From an uncultured Verrucomicrobiota bacterium (lineage in GTDB: Bacteria; Verrucomicrobiota; Verrucomicrobiia; Limisphaerales; SIBE01), in NCBI GenBank assembly GCA_964355375.1, contig CAYHFE010000003.1:1-51895 (forward strand): a stretch of DNA of 51,895 bases, read 5' to 3'. This document shows, piece by piece, positions 44,353 through 51,895 of this stretch (its first letter is position 1; the number at the start of each line of letters is the position of its first letter). The notes under the pieces were generated by a model that searched no databases, was not told the DNA's origin, and saw nothing but the letters and a program-made list of their open reading frames with translations. Position numbers and translations under genes: made by a program.

Positions 44353-46176
44353 TCATGGCTTCTCGCGCGCGCTGGCCAACTTCTCCTCCTTCTCGCCCAG
44401 GCAATAGAGATTGGTCGCGCCGCGGAGATAAATCCGATGGTTCACGAACGCCGGGCTCGCAAAAAACGCATCGCGCATTTCCGTGCGCGCGAGTTGTTTG
44501 AACTGCCGGCCCGCCTCGGTCACAATCGCCGAGCCCTTTGTGCCAAACAGGTAGAGCCGGTCCCCGGAGATGCTCGGGGACGCGTGAAAATCGGTCTCGA
44601 AGTCATGTTCCCATACTTTCTTGCCGTCTTTCGCGTCGTGGCACGTCAGCAATCCGCCCGAGGTCACCGTGAAGACCAGCTCTCCGTTTCCGACCGGACT
44701 GGTGATGTCAGGGATGTTCTCCTCGGAACTCCAAGCCACGTGCGTTTTGCTGACGTCCCCCTGTCCGTCGGGCCGAATCGCCATCAGCTTGTCCGTCGGG
44801 CTGGGCGCGAGGACCAGTCCACCGGCGAAGACAGGCGACGGAGTGACTTCCCCACTCATGCCTTCGACGCGCCAAAGCTCCGTGCCGTCGTTCGCATGGT
44901 AAGCAATGACGAACGGAACGCTGAGCGTGACCACCTGGGGTTTGCCGGCCGCCGTGATCACGATCGGGGTCGCCCAGGAGGTCGAGACGGGACGCTGCCG
45001 TTGCCAGACGATTTGCCCGCTGGCTCCGTCAAACGCGTAGAGCTTGGATTGCCGCTGTTCGCTTTCGCCTTGGTCCAACTGCACCAAGAGCCTTCCTTGC
45101 CAGGTCGCGAGGGATGAGGCATGCCCGTATGGATTTTTCGGGACACCCAGATGCTTGGACCAAACCGGATTCCCCTCCAAGGTCAAGGCCGCCAAATCTC
45201 CATTGGCAAAGATCACATAGACGCGGCGTCCATCCGTGGCCATGGTGGAAGCGACATAACCCGTTTGCTCGGGAATCTCCGGGACTTGGGCCGGGCTTCC
45301 GGGAACATTCAACACGGGCCGCTCCCAGAGGGTCTGGCCAGTGCGGGCGTCCAGGCAATAGACCGAGCGCTTCACCGCATCGCCTCCGGAAAGCAAGACG
45401 CGCGAGCCCCAAACGATCGGCGAATTGAAACCCGGCGCCGGAACGGCCACCTTCCAAATGACCCCCCGCCCTTGCGCGACATCCCAGGTCAACGGCGCGT
45501 TGGTTTGGGACGACACCCCGCCGCCGTCTGCTCCGCGAAACCGCGGCCAATTGCTCTGCACTTCCTCCGGGGATGGCAAATCGACCGTCGCCGAAACCAC
45601 GCTCCCGCCACTCTCCGCTCCGCCGACCAACTTCTCGATCTCGGCGAGTCGCGTGGGCAAGACTGTGCCGATGGACAGGCTGAGCGAGAGAAAGGCCAAC
45701 ACGACGGTCGCGCCCAGCCCTGCGACCATCCATCGGGCCCGCTGGGCGCCGCGGGCCACGAGTTTTTCCGGGTCTGGCTTCGGCAGAGGCCGGGGCGGTT
45801 GGCGATCGAAGGTGAGAACCATTTTCGCCGCGATCAGGAACACCGCGACACCGACGAACAGAAGATAACTGCCTCTCGTGGTCAGCGACAACTGCCGGAA
45901 ATAGCCGCGCCGCAATTGCAGATCGAGCTCACGAACCTGCGTCTTCAGTGCTTCGTCATTCGGAGAAAGCCGCAACTTCTCCTTGGCCGCCTGAATCTGC
46001 TCGGGCTTTAGAAGATCCACGGGCCGGGCCTCGATCTGGGCCAGAATCATGGCCAGCCAGATCATCAGCGAGAACACTCCGGCAATCACCACGGTCAATC
46101 GAAAGGCCAGGCGCGGGGCCGGTTCCGCCGGGGGCACGGCAGGCACCGCAAGAGTTGGGGTGGCGGGATTGGACAT
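44353..46176 (-). CDS. Membrane-anchored (3 TM) PQQ-like/BamB-like beta-propeller protein
   Basis: 607 aa. N-terminal TM helices followed by repeats of the G.L.A.D..TG...W type (VYCLDARTGQTLWE, LYAFDGASGQIVWQ, LTCHDAKDGKKVWE). Confidence 0.8.
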   Translation of the reverse strand: MSNPATPTLAVPAVPPAEPAPRLAFRLTVVIAGVFSLMIWLAMILAQIEARPVDLLKPEQIQAAKEKLRLSPNDEALKTQVRELDLQLRRGYFRQLSLTTRGSYLLFVGVAVFLIAAKMVLTFDRQPPRPLPKPDPEKLVARGAQRARWMVAGLGATVVLAFLSLSLSIGTVLPTRLAEIEKLVGGAESGGSVVSATVDLPSPEEVQSNWPRFRGADGGGVSSQTNAPLTWDVAQGRGVIWKVAVPAPGFNSPIVWGSRVLLSGGDAVKRSVYCLDARTGQTLWERPVLNVPGSPAQVPEIPEQTGYVASTMATDGRRVYVIFANGDLAALTLEGNPVWSKHLGVPKNPYGHASSLATWQGRLLVQLDQGESEQRQSKLYAFDGASGQIVWQRQRPVSTSWATPIVITAAGKPQVVTLSVPFVIAYHANDGTELWRVEGMSGEVTPSPVFAGGLVLAPSPTDKLMAIRPDGQGDVSKTHVAWSSEENIPDITSPVGNGELVFTVTSGGLLTCHDAKDGKKVWEHDFETDFHASPSISGDRLYLFGTKGSAIVTEAGRQFKQLARTEMRDAFFASPAFVNHRIYLRGATNLYCLGEKEEKLASAREKP

Positions 46177-46190
46177 GGCTCAGGGCTGTT

Positions 46191-47513
46191 TCAGTGGCTC
46201 TTCTCCCCCGTCGCGAGACTGGGTGGGGCTTCACAGCCGGGACCCAGCGCCGGCATGATCCCCCGCCGGACCAGCTCGTTCGGACAAAACTCAAAACACC
46301 GCGCACAGGCCAGGCAAGCTCCGCGGTCCGGTTCATAATCGGCGCGAGTCTGGCGGAGCGCGAGCCCGACGAATTTCAGCCCGACGACCAACCCGACCCA
46401 ACCGCCAAACAACCATCCGCCCCATCCGAAACGCCGCCGAGTTTCCAGCGCGGCGGCCAGGAGTTCCTTGGGATTTTTTTCCGCCCGGGACAACGCGAGA
46501 GTCTCGGGGGTTTGGCTGACCCCGCGGATGGGCTGGCCCGCGTGGCTGACGAATCGCTCTGCCAGCGCCACATCCGGATGAAGGCGCGAGGCGGCCACGC
46601 TCAATCGGCCACCCAGCCAACCGGTCAGACCGATTAAGACTGGCAAGAGCACGAGGAATCCGGCCAACCGCTTCCGTTCGAGGCGCAGGCTCAGTGGATT
46701 CGGCGGCGGAGCCCACGGTTCGCGCAAGGCGCCGTAGGGACAGGACGCCTCGCACAGTCGGCATTGGGTGCAGGTGTTCGGTGTCACCCGCACGCGCCAT
46801 TTTGAAACCATCGCCGCCAGTTTGAGCAGGGCGCCATAGGGACAAAGAAACCGGCAATAGGGTCGCCCGACGAACATGCCGACCAAAAGAAAGGCGGCTC
46901 CCAGCATGAGCATGCTGAAACTGCCGCTGAGCCGAAAGAGCGGCACAAATGGGTCATACCGACAGATCACGAAGGCGCTCCCCGTGACCGCAAACAGGAC
47001 CCCGGCGCCGAGAAAAATGAAGGGCACCAATCCCAGGCCCTGCTCCAGCCAGGCCGGCACCTTGACCGGCTTCAGCAAGACCAGATCTTGCAGGGCGCCG
47101 TGCGGACACACCGCCGCGCAAAAGGTCCGCCCGAAAAAGAGACTGACCAGCAGCGGGGCGAAAAAAAAGACCGCGACTGTCCAGGGCACGGCGTAGCCGC
47201 GATCACCCAGGGCCAAGGCCACGTTTTGCAGCGAGCCAATCGAACACACACACCCCTCGCGATAGAATCCAAAATAGGCCAGAGAAAAGAGCGACAGGCC
47301 AAACACGGCGCGGCGCGACCGTTTCTTGAAGACGAGATAAGAGGCGAGACTCAGAGCCGCCACCAAGACCAGGGCATCGATATAATGCCAAGACACCGCG
47401 CGCGGCAAAGGCGTCTGCGTGCTCGGGACTTGGTAACCGCCCTCGAAATCCGGCGGCGGGAATCGCGGTTCCGCCACGGCGGTCCCGACCAACAGCATCC
47501 CCATCGTGACCAT
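46191..47513 (-). CDS. NapH/MauN-like integral-membrane polyferredoxin
   Basis: 440 aa from the Met at 47513. TM helices with CxxxCP motifs (FCAAVCPHGALQD, CRFLCPYGALLK), plus CTQCRLCEASCP and C-terminal CLACARCFEFCP. The 711-aa track ORF is an artefact that reads through repeat E2. Confidence 0.8.
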   Translation of the reverse strand: MVTMGMLLVGTAVAEPRFPPPDFEGGYQVPSTQTPLPRAVSWHYIDALVLVAALSLASYLVFKKRSRRAVFGLSLFSLAYFGFYREGCVCSIGSLQNVALALGDRGYAVPWTVAVFFFAPLLVSLFFGRTFCAAVCPHGALQDLVLLKPVKVPAWLEQGLGLVPFIFLGAGVLFAVTGSAFVICRYDPFVPLFRLSGSFSMLMLGAAFLLVGMFVGRPYCRFLCPYGALLKLAAMVSKWRVRVTPNTCTQCRLCEASCPYGALREPWAPPPNPLSLRLERKRLAGFLVLLPVLIGLTGWLGGRLSVAASRLHPDVALAERFVSHAGQPIRGVSQTPETLALSRAEKNPKELLAAALETRRRFGWGGWLFGGWVGLVVGLKFVGLALRQTRADYEPDRGACLACARCFEFCPNELVRRGIMPALGPGCEAPPSLATGEKSH

Positions 47514-47547
47514 ACCGAGAAGAATCCAGACACCCAAGGTGCATCTC

Positions 47548-47735
47548 TTCAGTTGAGATGGGGAGCGCACGCGCCCTCGCTTGCTGTGATCGGCGCCCTC
47601 GCCGACCACGTTGGCATGCTCCGATGAATCATCGCCTTGTGACTGAATGGGGTTCTCGTTCCGACCGGCGGGGCGCGGGTCGAAACACGCGAGGGCGCGT
47701 GTGCTCCCCGAATCCGACTGGGCACTTACGGCTAA
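47548..47735. repeat. 188-bp four-hairpin intercistronic element, copy E2
   Basis: Same ends, outer stem and inner hairpins as E1, with scattered substitutions. Lies between the NapG-like and NapH-like genes. Confidence 0.85.
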
Positions 47736-47911
47736 GCCGTGACTCAAGTGAGTCTGCCGTTGAACGGGGCGGGGACGGCCCGTCTCCGGTTGGCGTGAGA
47801 GCACCGCGAGGCGCCCCCGGGACGCCGGCGCACTTTCCTCCCGGGATGCGCCGTCGCCCTGAATCGTCCGCGTCTTCGCGGCGGCGGAAAATGAAACCAG
47901 GCCGGTCATGG

Positions 47912-48484
47912 TCAATGAGTCGATGTCTTCAGCTTGTAAGGATGGTTCACCGACACTCGGCGGAAGGCATCTCCAGGGCAGACGCGGCCAATGGCACATT
48001 CGTTGCAGTTCAGGCAGCGGTCCTGCCGGACCTGCATGAAAAGAGATCCGTTGCCAAACCGATTGCATCCTTCCACGCATTTCGCGCAGCCCATGCACAG
48101 ATCTTCGTCGATCACATACTCGTAGTAGGGATCCTCCACGAAGGTTCGTTTGATGGCGGCGGTCGGACAGAGTTGATTCTCCGCCCCCGTGTTCAGGTCG
48201 TTGGGCTCGGGAACGAAGTAGCCGGTGCAGAGCTGGCAATACCCACAGAGGGCATGGGCGTGAACGCATTTGGCGGCCGACTGTTCCAGAACACACGAGG
48301 TCGCGCACAGGCCGCAACGCAGACATTTCTGGGGATCGATCTGCCAGACCGTCGTCTTGGCGTCGCTGCGCGTGGCCAGGGTCCCGATCAAACCGCCCAG
48401 ACCGGCCACGGCCGCAGTTCGCGCTCCGTCGCGCAGGAACTGCCTGCGGCTCACATGAACTCCCGCTTTGGGATCAGCAGCCAT
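47912..48484 (-). CDS. Tat-exported polyferredoxin (NapG/MauM-like, multiple [4Fe-4S] motifs)
   Basis: 190 aa. SRRQFLRDG twin-arginine signal; CLRCGLCATSC, CGYCQLC...CP, CMGCAKCVEGC, CLNCNECAIGRVCP. Confidence 0.85.
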   Translation of the reverse strand: MAADPKAGVHVSRRQFLRDGARTAAVAGLGGLIGTLATRSDAKTTVWQIDPQKCLRCGLCATSCVLEQSAAKCVHAHALCGYCQLCTGYFVPEPNDLNTGAENQLCPTAAIKRTFVEDPYYEYVIDEDLCMGCAKCVEGCNRFGNGSLFMQVRQDRCLNCNECAIGRVCPGDAFRRVSVNHPYKLKTSTH

Positions 48485-48530
48485 AGTTTTCTTTCTCGAA
48501 CACTCGCTAGGACGTTTCTATGCAGTCCGG

Positions 48531-48714
48531 TTCAGGGTGGAACGGGCAACTTGCCCGTTCCTGTGGGCGACCAGCCCACAGGCTTTGCTGCCGGAAATCT
48601 CACTGATTCGTGACTTCAATGGCCGGGCCAGACTCGGCGGCAAGTTGCCGCCGAGAACGGGCTGGCAGCCCGTTCCACCCCTTTCACCCATTTCAACTGC
48701 ATTCATACGGCTAA
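48531..48714. repeat. 184-bp four-hairpin intercistronic element, divergent copy E3
   Basis: Shares the ttcag lead-in, the central gtgact-caatgg core and the caactg-N-acggctaa tail with E1/E2. Its four hairpins have different sequences (48539..48561, 48562..48580, 48636..48652, 48655..48675). Confidence 0.7.
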
Positions 48715-49802
48715 GACGCTTCGGCCCCGGCTTTCCCCGCCCCCGTCTTCCGCGCCATGATCCGAATGTCTCCGACCACCAGGTCCAGAATATAAACCCG
48801 ACCCCGCCCGTCCACCGCCACATCCAAACCGCCGTGCGTCGCGTCGGACATGGAATCGTCTGAAGTCGATTTCTGGTTTTCGATGAACGATTCCGGCCCC
48901 GCCACGACCGACTCCAACGATCCGTCCACTCCGTAAATCTTAACCCGCGGCAAGCCTTTCTCACAGGTGACATATCGTCCGTCCGCCAGGAGCGTGAAGT
49001 TGACCGGGTTGCAGCACCCGCAGAAACCGTCCACCGCCGCCGACGCCTTCCCCCACGACCATTCGAAGTCCCCATTCGGCGTGAAGATCTCGATCTGGTG
49101 GCGGCCGGGATTGGCCACCCGGAGCATGCCATCCCGATGCCATTCCAGGTCGAAGAACGGGCTGGGCACGACGAACCCGGGCACATCCTTAGCCTGATTC
49201 TTCTCGCCAATCCGGCCGATCAGTTTTCCCGACCGGTCATACCTGAGCACGACCCGATGCCCCGCATCCGCCGCGAATACGTCATTCGGCCCGATGGCCA
49301 CGCCGGTGAACCAGGTCCGCGCTCCGGGGGGATCCCAGACGGCCCGGCGCGTTCCCTGACGGTCATAAAATTCCAAATGATCGCGCAACCCCACGCAGAT
49401 CGTTCCGTCCTCGCCCAAGGCCAGGCAGCGCGGAGGCGTGGTCAAGGCGATCTCCGATTCCCTGACTCCCGCCAAATTCAGGACATGGACGTAATTCCCC
49501 GCCGCCAGGAAAATGCGCTCGTCCCGAATGGCGATGCGGCGCGGGTCCTCCAAAACCTTGGCGATTCGGCCCACCTCCTCGAAATGAAGCCAGCGCGGAT
49601 CGGTCCGGGTGAGACTCGTCACGTCGTAGGCGAACGGATTGGATTCGTCGCGCGCCGTGATGGATGAGGCCCGTCGGCGCAACTGCCGAGCCGCTACGGC
49701 GACACCCGCCGCCGCCACCACAACTCCCGCGCCGGCCGCGCCGCGTCGGATGAATTGACGTCGATTGAACGATCGAGGCTCCGGATTCTCGGGCATAGTC
49801 AT
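48711..49802 (-). CDS. Tat-exported NHL-like beta-propeller protein with a CGCC motif
   Basis: 363 aa. NRRQFIRRG signal; blade-like repeats (RVVLRYDRSGKLIGRIG, HQIEIFTPNGDFEWSWG, RVKIYGVDGSL, RVYILDLVVGDIRIM); DGFCGCCNPVNF. Confidence 0.7.
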   Translation of the reverse strand: MTMPENPEPRSFNRRQFIRRGAAGAGVVVAAAGVAVAARQLRRRASSITARDESNPFAYDVTSLTRTDPRWLHFEEVGRIAKVLEDPRRIAIRDERIFLAAGNYVHVLNLAGVRESEIALTTPPRCLALGEDGTICVGLRDHLEFYDRQGTRRAVWDPPGARTWFTGVAIGPNDVFAADAGHRVVLRYDRSGKLIGRIGEKNQAKDVPGFVVPSPFFDLEWHRDGMLRVANPGRHQIEIFTPNGDFEWSWGKASAAVDGFCGCCNPVNFTLLADGRYVTCEKGLPRVKIYGVDGSLESVVAGPESFIENQKSTSDDSMSDATHGGLDVAVDGRGRVYILDLVVGDIRIMARKTGAGKAGAEAS

Positions 49803-50032
49803 CCTCCAGTCTGAGCTCGCCGAACGGCGCGCGCCTGCGGCAAATCACACCGCGTCACCCGAAGGCAACCGCCACACGGGCCGGATTTCACGCACTGACC
49901 GCCGGGGGCCGTTTGCCGCGTCCGTGCCACCCACACCGCCACGATCGCCAGCACTGCCAGCACACTGTTCCGCACCGCGTCGCGCACGAAGTCTCGACGA
50001 TTCGGAACCAGGTTCGGATCAGCACTTTTCAT
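49799..50032 (-). CDS. Small Tat-signal/TM protein with a C-x5-C-x2-C-x5-C tail
   Basis: 77 aa. NRRDFVRDAV followed by a hydrophobic helix, then QCVKSGPCGGCLRVTRCDLPQA. ATGA overlap with the NHL gene start. Confidence 0.55.
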   Translation of the reverse strand: MKSADPNLVPNRRDFVRDAVRNSVLAVLAIVAVWVARTRQTAPGGQCVKSGPCGGCLRVTRCDLPQARAVRRAQTGG

Positions 50033-50307
50033 ACAGTTTCTGATGAGTCTTTGACGACCGGGCCATAACGCTCATTTCCGCAAAAACACAGAAATCGCCA
50101 GGCGAACTTCGCTTAAATTGTCCAACGAATAACCGAAGACGGCTAACTCTGTTTTGTCAAAAGCTGACCGTATTTTGCCCGGAGCGGTTGGAGAGCTCCA
50201 TTCCAGCCGGCGGAGACGAGACCGAATTCTGATCGTGAGGAATTCGCCGCAGTTGGAGATTGGAAGAGCACTTCTCCGGACATCGGTTCTCCTTTCCCAA
50301 CAGGCTC

Positions 50308-51732
50308 TCATGGCTTCGCCACGTCGAGACAGACCATGCGAGAAAAATCGCGGACCAGGAGGCGGCCACCGGCCAAGGCCATTGGCCCCCAGGACTCGCG
50401 GCCGTTCAGGACTTGCGCCTGAGCCAGAGGGCGGAACTTGCTCGAGTCGGTCTCGATCAGACTGAGACGCCCGGAATCGTTCAAGGCGAAGATCGCCTCT
50501 CCCGCCATCAGAAATGAGCCCAGTCCAAACGAGTGGCCAGCGTCGCTCGCCCAAACTACCTTGCCGGTCAAATCCAAGCAAACGAATCGGCCATCCGGAC
50601 GCACCCCGAAGAGATGTTGTCCATGGAAAATGGGCGAATGTTGGGTAGCTCCGAATACGTCGGGGCCGAGGCGAAACAAAATCTTCGCTGCCCACCGACC
50701 GCTCTCCTCCCGCAATTGCATCATCAAGCTGCCCGCGTCATAGCCGCCGCTCAGAAATAGCTTCCCCTCCGGCAACACCACCGGAGATGGAATGGTGGCG
50801 ATGCTGATCTTCCAATCGGTCGTGTCCCAAAGAATCGCGCCGTCTTTGGCCGATACCCCCACCACCCCGAGGTTGGCGCAATAGACATACATGCGCCGTC
50901 CGCCCCACTCCATCGGAACCACCGAAGAATGGGTCATCTTCCAGCCCTTGGGATTCTCGGATTGCCAGACCGTCTTGCCGGTTTCCAGATCGACCGCCAG
51001 CAGCAGCGCCTTGGGCCCGCCCGGCGCCAGAATGACGGTCCCGTTATCCACGAGCGGGCATTGACCGGCATACCAGGGCGGGACGGTTGCGCCAAACTGC
51101 CGGGCCAAATCCAGCCCCCAGCGCAATTCCCCGGTCGCCGCATCCAGGCACAGAACATGACACTTCGGGCCCATGGCGATCACGTATTTTTCCGTCACGG
51201 TCGGCACGGTCCGCGACATGCCGTGATTGCGTTTGACGGGGTTCGGATAGGTGTAACGCCAGATCTCTTTTCCGTCCGCCAACGACAGGCACCGGAGGGC
51301 GTCCTGCTTCTTCTCGCGGTCGTAATCCATCAGGTAGATTCGCCCCGCTCGCACCGCCGGACCAGCGTAGCCCTCGCCCAGTTCGACGGACCACAACGCG
51401 CGCGGCCCGGTGGGTGGCCAGGCCTTGAGCAAACCGGATGATTCCGGAGCCATTCCATCGCCATTGGGACCGCGAAATCCGGGCCATAGCCCCGGCAGCT
51501 CCGCCGCTTGGCCATCCGAACGAACCAATTGTCCGGTCAACACGGGATTAGCCGACCCGGTCCCCTGAGCGGTTCCGGGTGATTGGTCCGTCCCCGGTAC
51601 CCGCAGTGCCACAACTTGGCGCGGGCGGCTTCCCAACCACACGATGAGCGTCGCCACGGCGAGAAACGTGGCCGCCACCGGAAGCATCGGAACGAACCGT
51701 TCGAATCTCGCTCGGTAGATTTCTGCTTTCAT
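50308..51732 (-). CDS. Membrane-anchored (1 TM) PQQ-like/BamB-like beta-propeller protein
   Basis: 474 aa from the Met at 51732. TM helix VPMLPVAATFLAVATLIVWL followed by propeller repeats (LRCLSLADGKEIWR, VLCLDAATGELRWG, LLAVDLETGKTVWQ). Confidence 0.8.
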   Translation of the reverse strand: MKAEIYRARFERFVPMLPVAATFLAVATLIVWLGSRPRQVVALRVPGTDQSPGTAQGTGSANPVLTGQLVRSDGQAAELPGLWPGFRGPNGDGMAPESSGLLKAWPPTGPRALWSVELGEGYAGPAVRAGRIYLMDYDREKKQDALRCLSLADGKEIWRYTYPNPVKRNHGMSRTVPTVTEKYVIAMGPKCHVLCLDAATGELRWGLDLARQFGATVPPWYAGQCPLVDNGTVILAPGGPKALLLAVDLETGKTVWQSENPKGWKMTHSSVVPMEWGGRRMYVYCANLGVVGVSAKDGAILWDTTDWKISIATIPSPVVLPEGKLFLSGGYDAGSLMMQLREESGRWAAKILFRLGPDVFGATQHSPIFHGQHLFGVRPDGRFVCLDLTGKVVWASDAGHSFGLGSFLMAGEAIFALNDSGRLSLIETDSSKFRPLAQAQVLNGRESWGPMALAGGRLLVRDFSRMVCLDVAKP

Positions 51733-51840
51733 GAATGTTTGAACTGATGGTCGGCCCGAGGTCGGCCTGCCCAACTCACCGCTCGGCCCACCACTATGGA
51801 CGAAACATTCGGAAATAACTTCATCCCAAGGCGCGGCCCC

Positions 51841-51895
51841 CAGCAGTTCTCATTTTGACAAGTATGTAGTCCCGGCTTCAGCCGGTTGCCACGTG
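51841..51895 (-). mobile_element. MITE copy D, truncated by the window end (same orientation as copy B)
   Basis: cagcagttctcattttgacaagtatgtagtcccggcttcagccgg... matches the first 55 nt of copy B. Confidence 0.8.

Noticed and set aside
41404-45117. 1237-aa ORF on the plus strand
   Set aside because: It is antisense to the clearly homologous NuoEF-like and PQQ-like genes. Its Arg/Ala/Gly/Pro-rich low-complexity translation has no motifs. This is a typical shadow ORF of GC-rich DNA.
46191-48326. 711-aa ORF suggesting one large protein
   Set aside because: Its N-terminal 270 residues are out of frame with the real NapG-like gene (47912..48484) and translate repeat E2. The true NapH-like CDS starts at the Met at 47513.
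50100-50160. Fourth occurrence of acggctaa (TTAGCCGT on the minus strand) in the 275-bp spacer upstream of the small Tat gene
   Set aside because: It lacks the adjacent cagtcg-type box and the hairpins of the E elements. An 8-mer match alone is not significant.
18227-51895. Possibility that the recurring palindromic repeats form a CRISPR array
   Set aside because: The copies are kilobases apart, in both orientations, 120-190 bp long and not interleaved with short unique spacers. There are no cas genes.

Overview
GC-rich bacterial chromosomal window. Gene content (many Tat-signal oxidoreductases, PQQ-like and NHL propellers, a MoxR-DUF58-BatA cluster) suggests a Verrucomicrobiota/Planctomycetota-like organism, but this is inference only. 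About 40 credible CDSs lie among many long antisense shadow ORFs. The housekeeping core is SRP RNA (ffs, found by eye), dnaX, ybaB, recR, a HAD hydrolase, a rhomboid protease and a phosphofructokinase. Accessory blocks: (i) an ArsR-controlled cluster of permease, thioredoxins and CcdA; (ii) a double-propeller Y_Y_Y sensor ending in a Cys4 module; (iii) a CxxCH/TolB-like propeller protein translationally coupled to a glycosidase; (iv) MoxR, DUF58, BatA_N and VWA genes; (v) VapBC; (vi) AraC, an OM beta-barrel, a CxxCH protein and a CDF transporter. Most interesting are three items. (a) At 41.5-51.7 kb, a minus-strand cluster joins a fused NuoE/NuoF-like flavoprotein, a split small ferredoxin, NapH-like and Tat-exported NapG-like polyferredoxins, a Tat NHL propeller with a tiny Cys-rich Tat partner, and two membrane-anchored PQQ-like propellers. 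No recognisable catalytic subunit is present, so this is a candidate undescribed transmembrane redox system. (b) A TlpA-like thioredoxin/TPR gene carries an in-frame UGA at the active-site position, followed by a GGUC-loop hairpin, making it a candidate selenoprotein. (c) There are three non-coding repeat families: a 123-bp MITE with 9-bp target-site duplications (4 copies), a roughly 185-bp four-hairpin intercistronic element (3 copies plus 1 relative), and a 76-bp hairpin. An intact RAYT transposase with inverted REP-like flanks and a decayed paralogue are also present.
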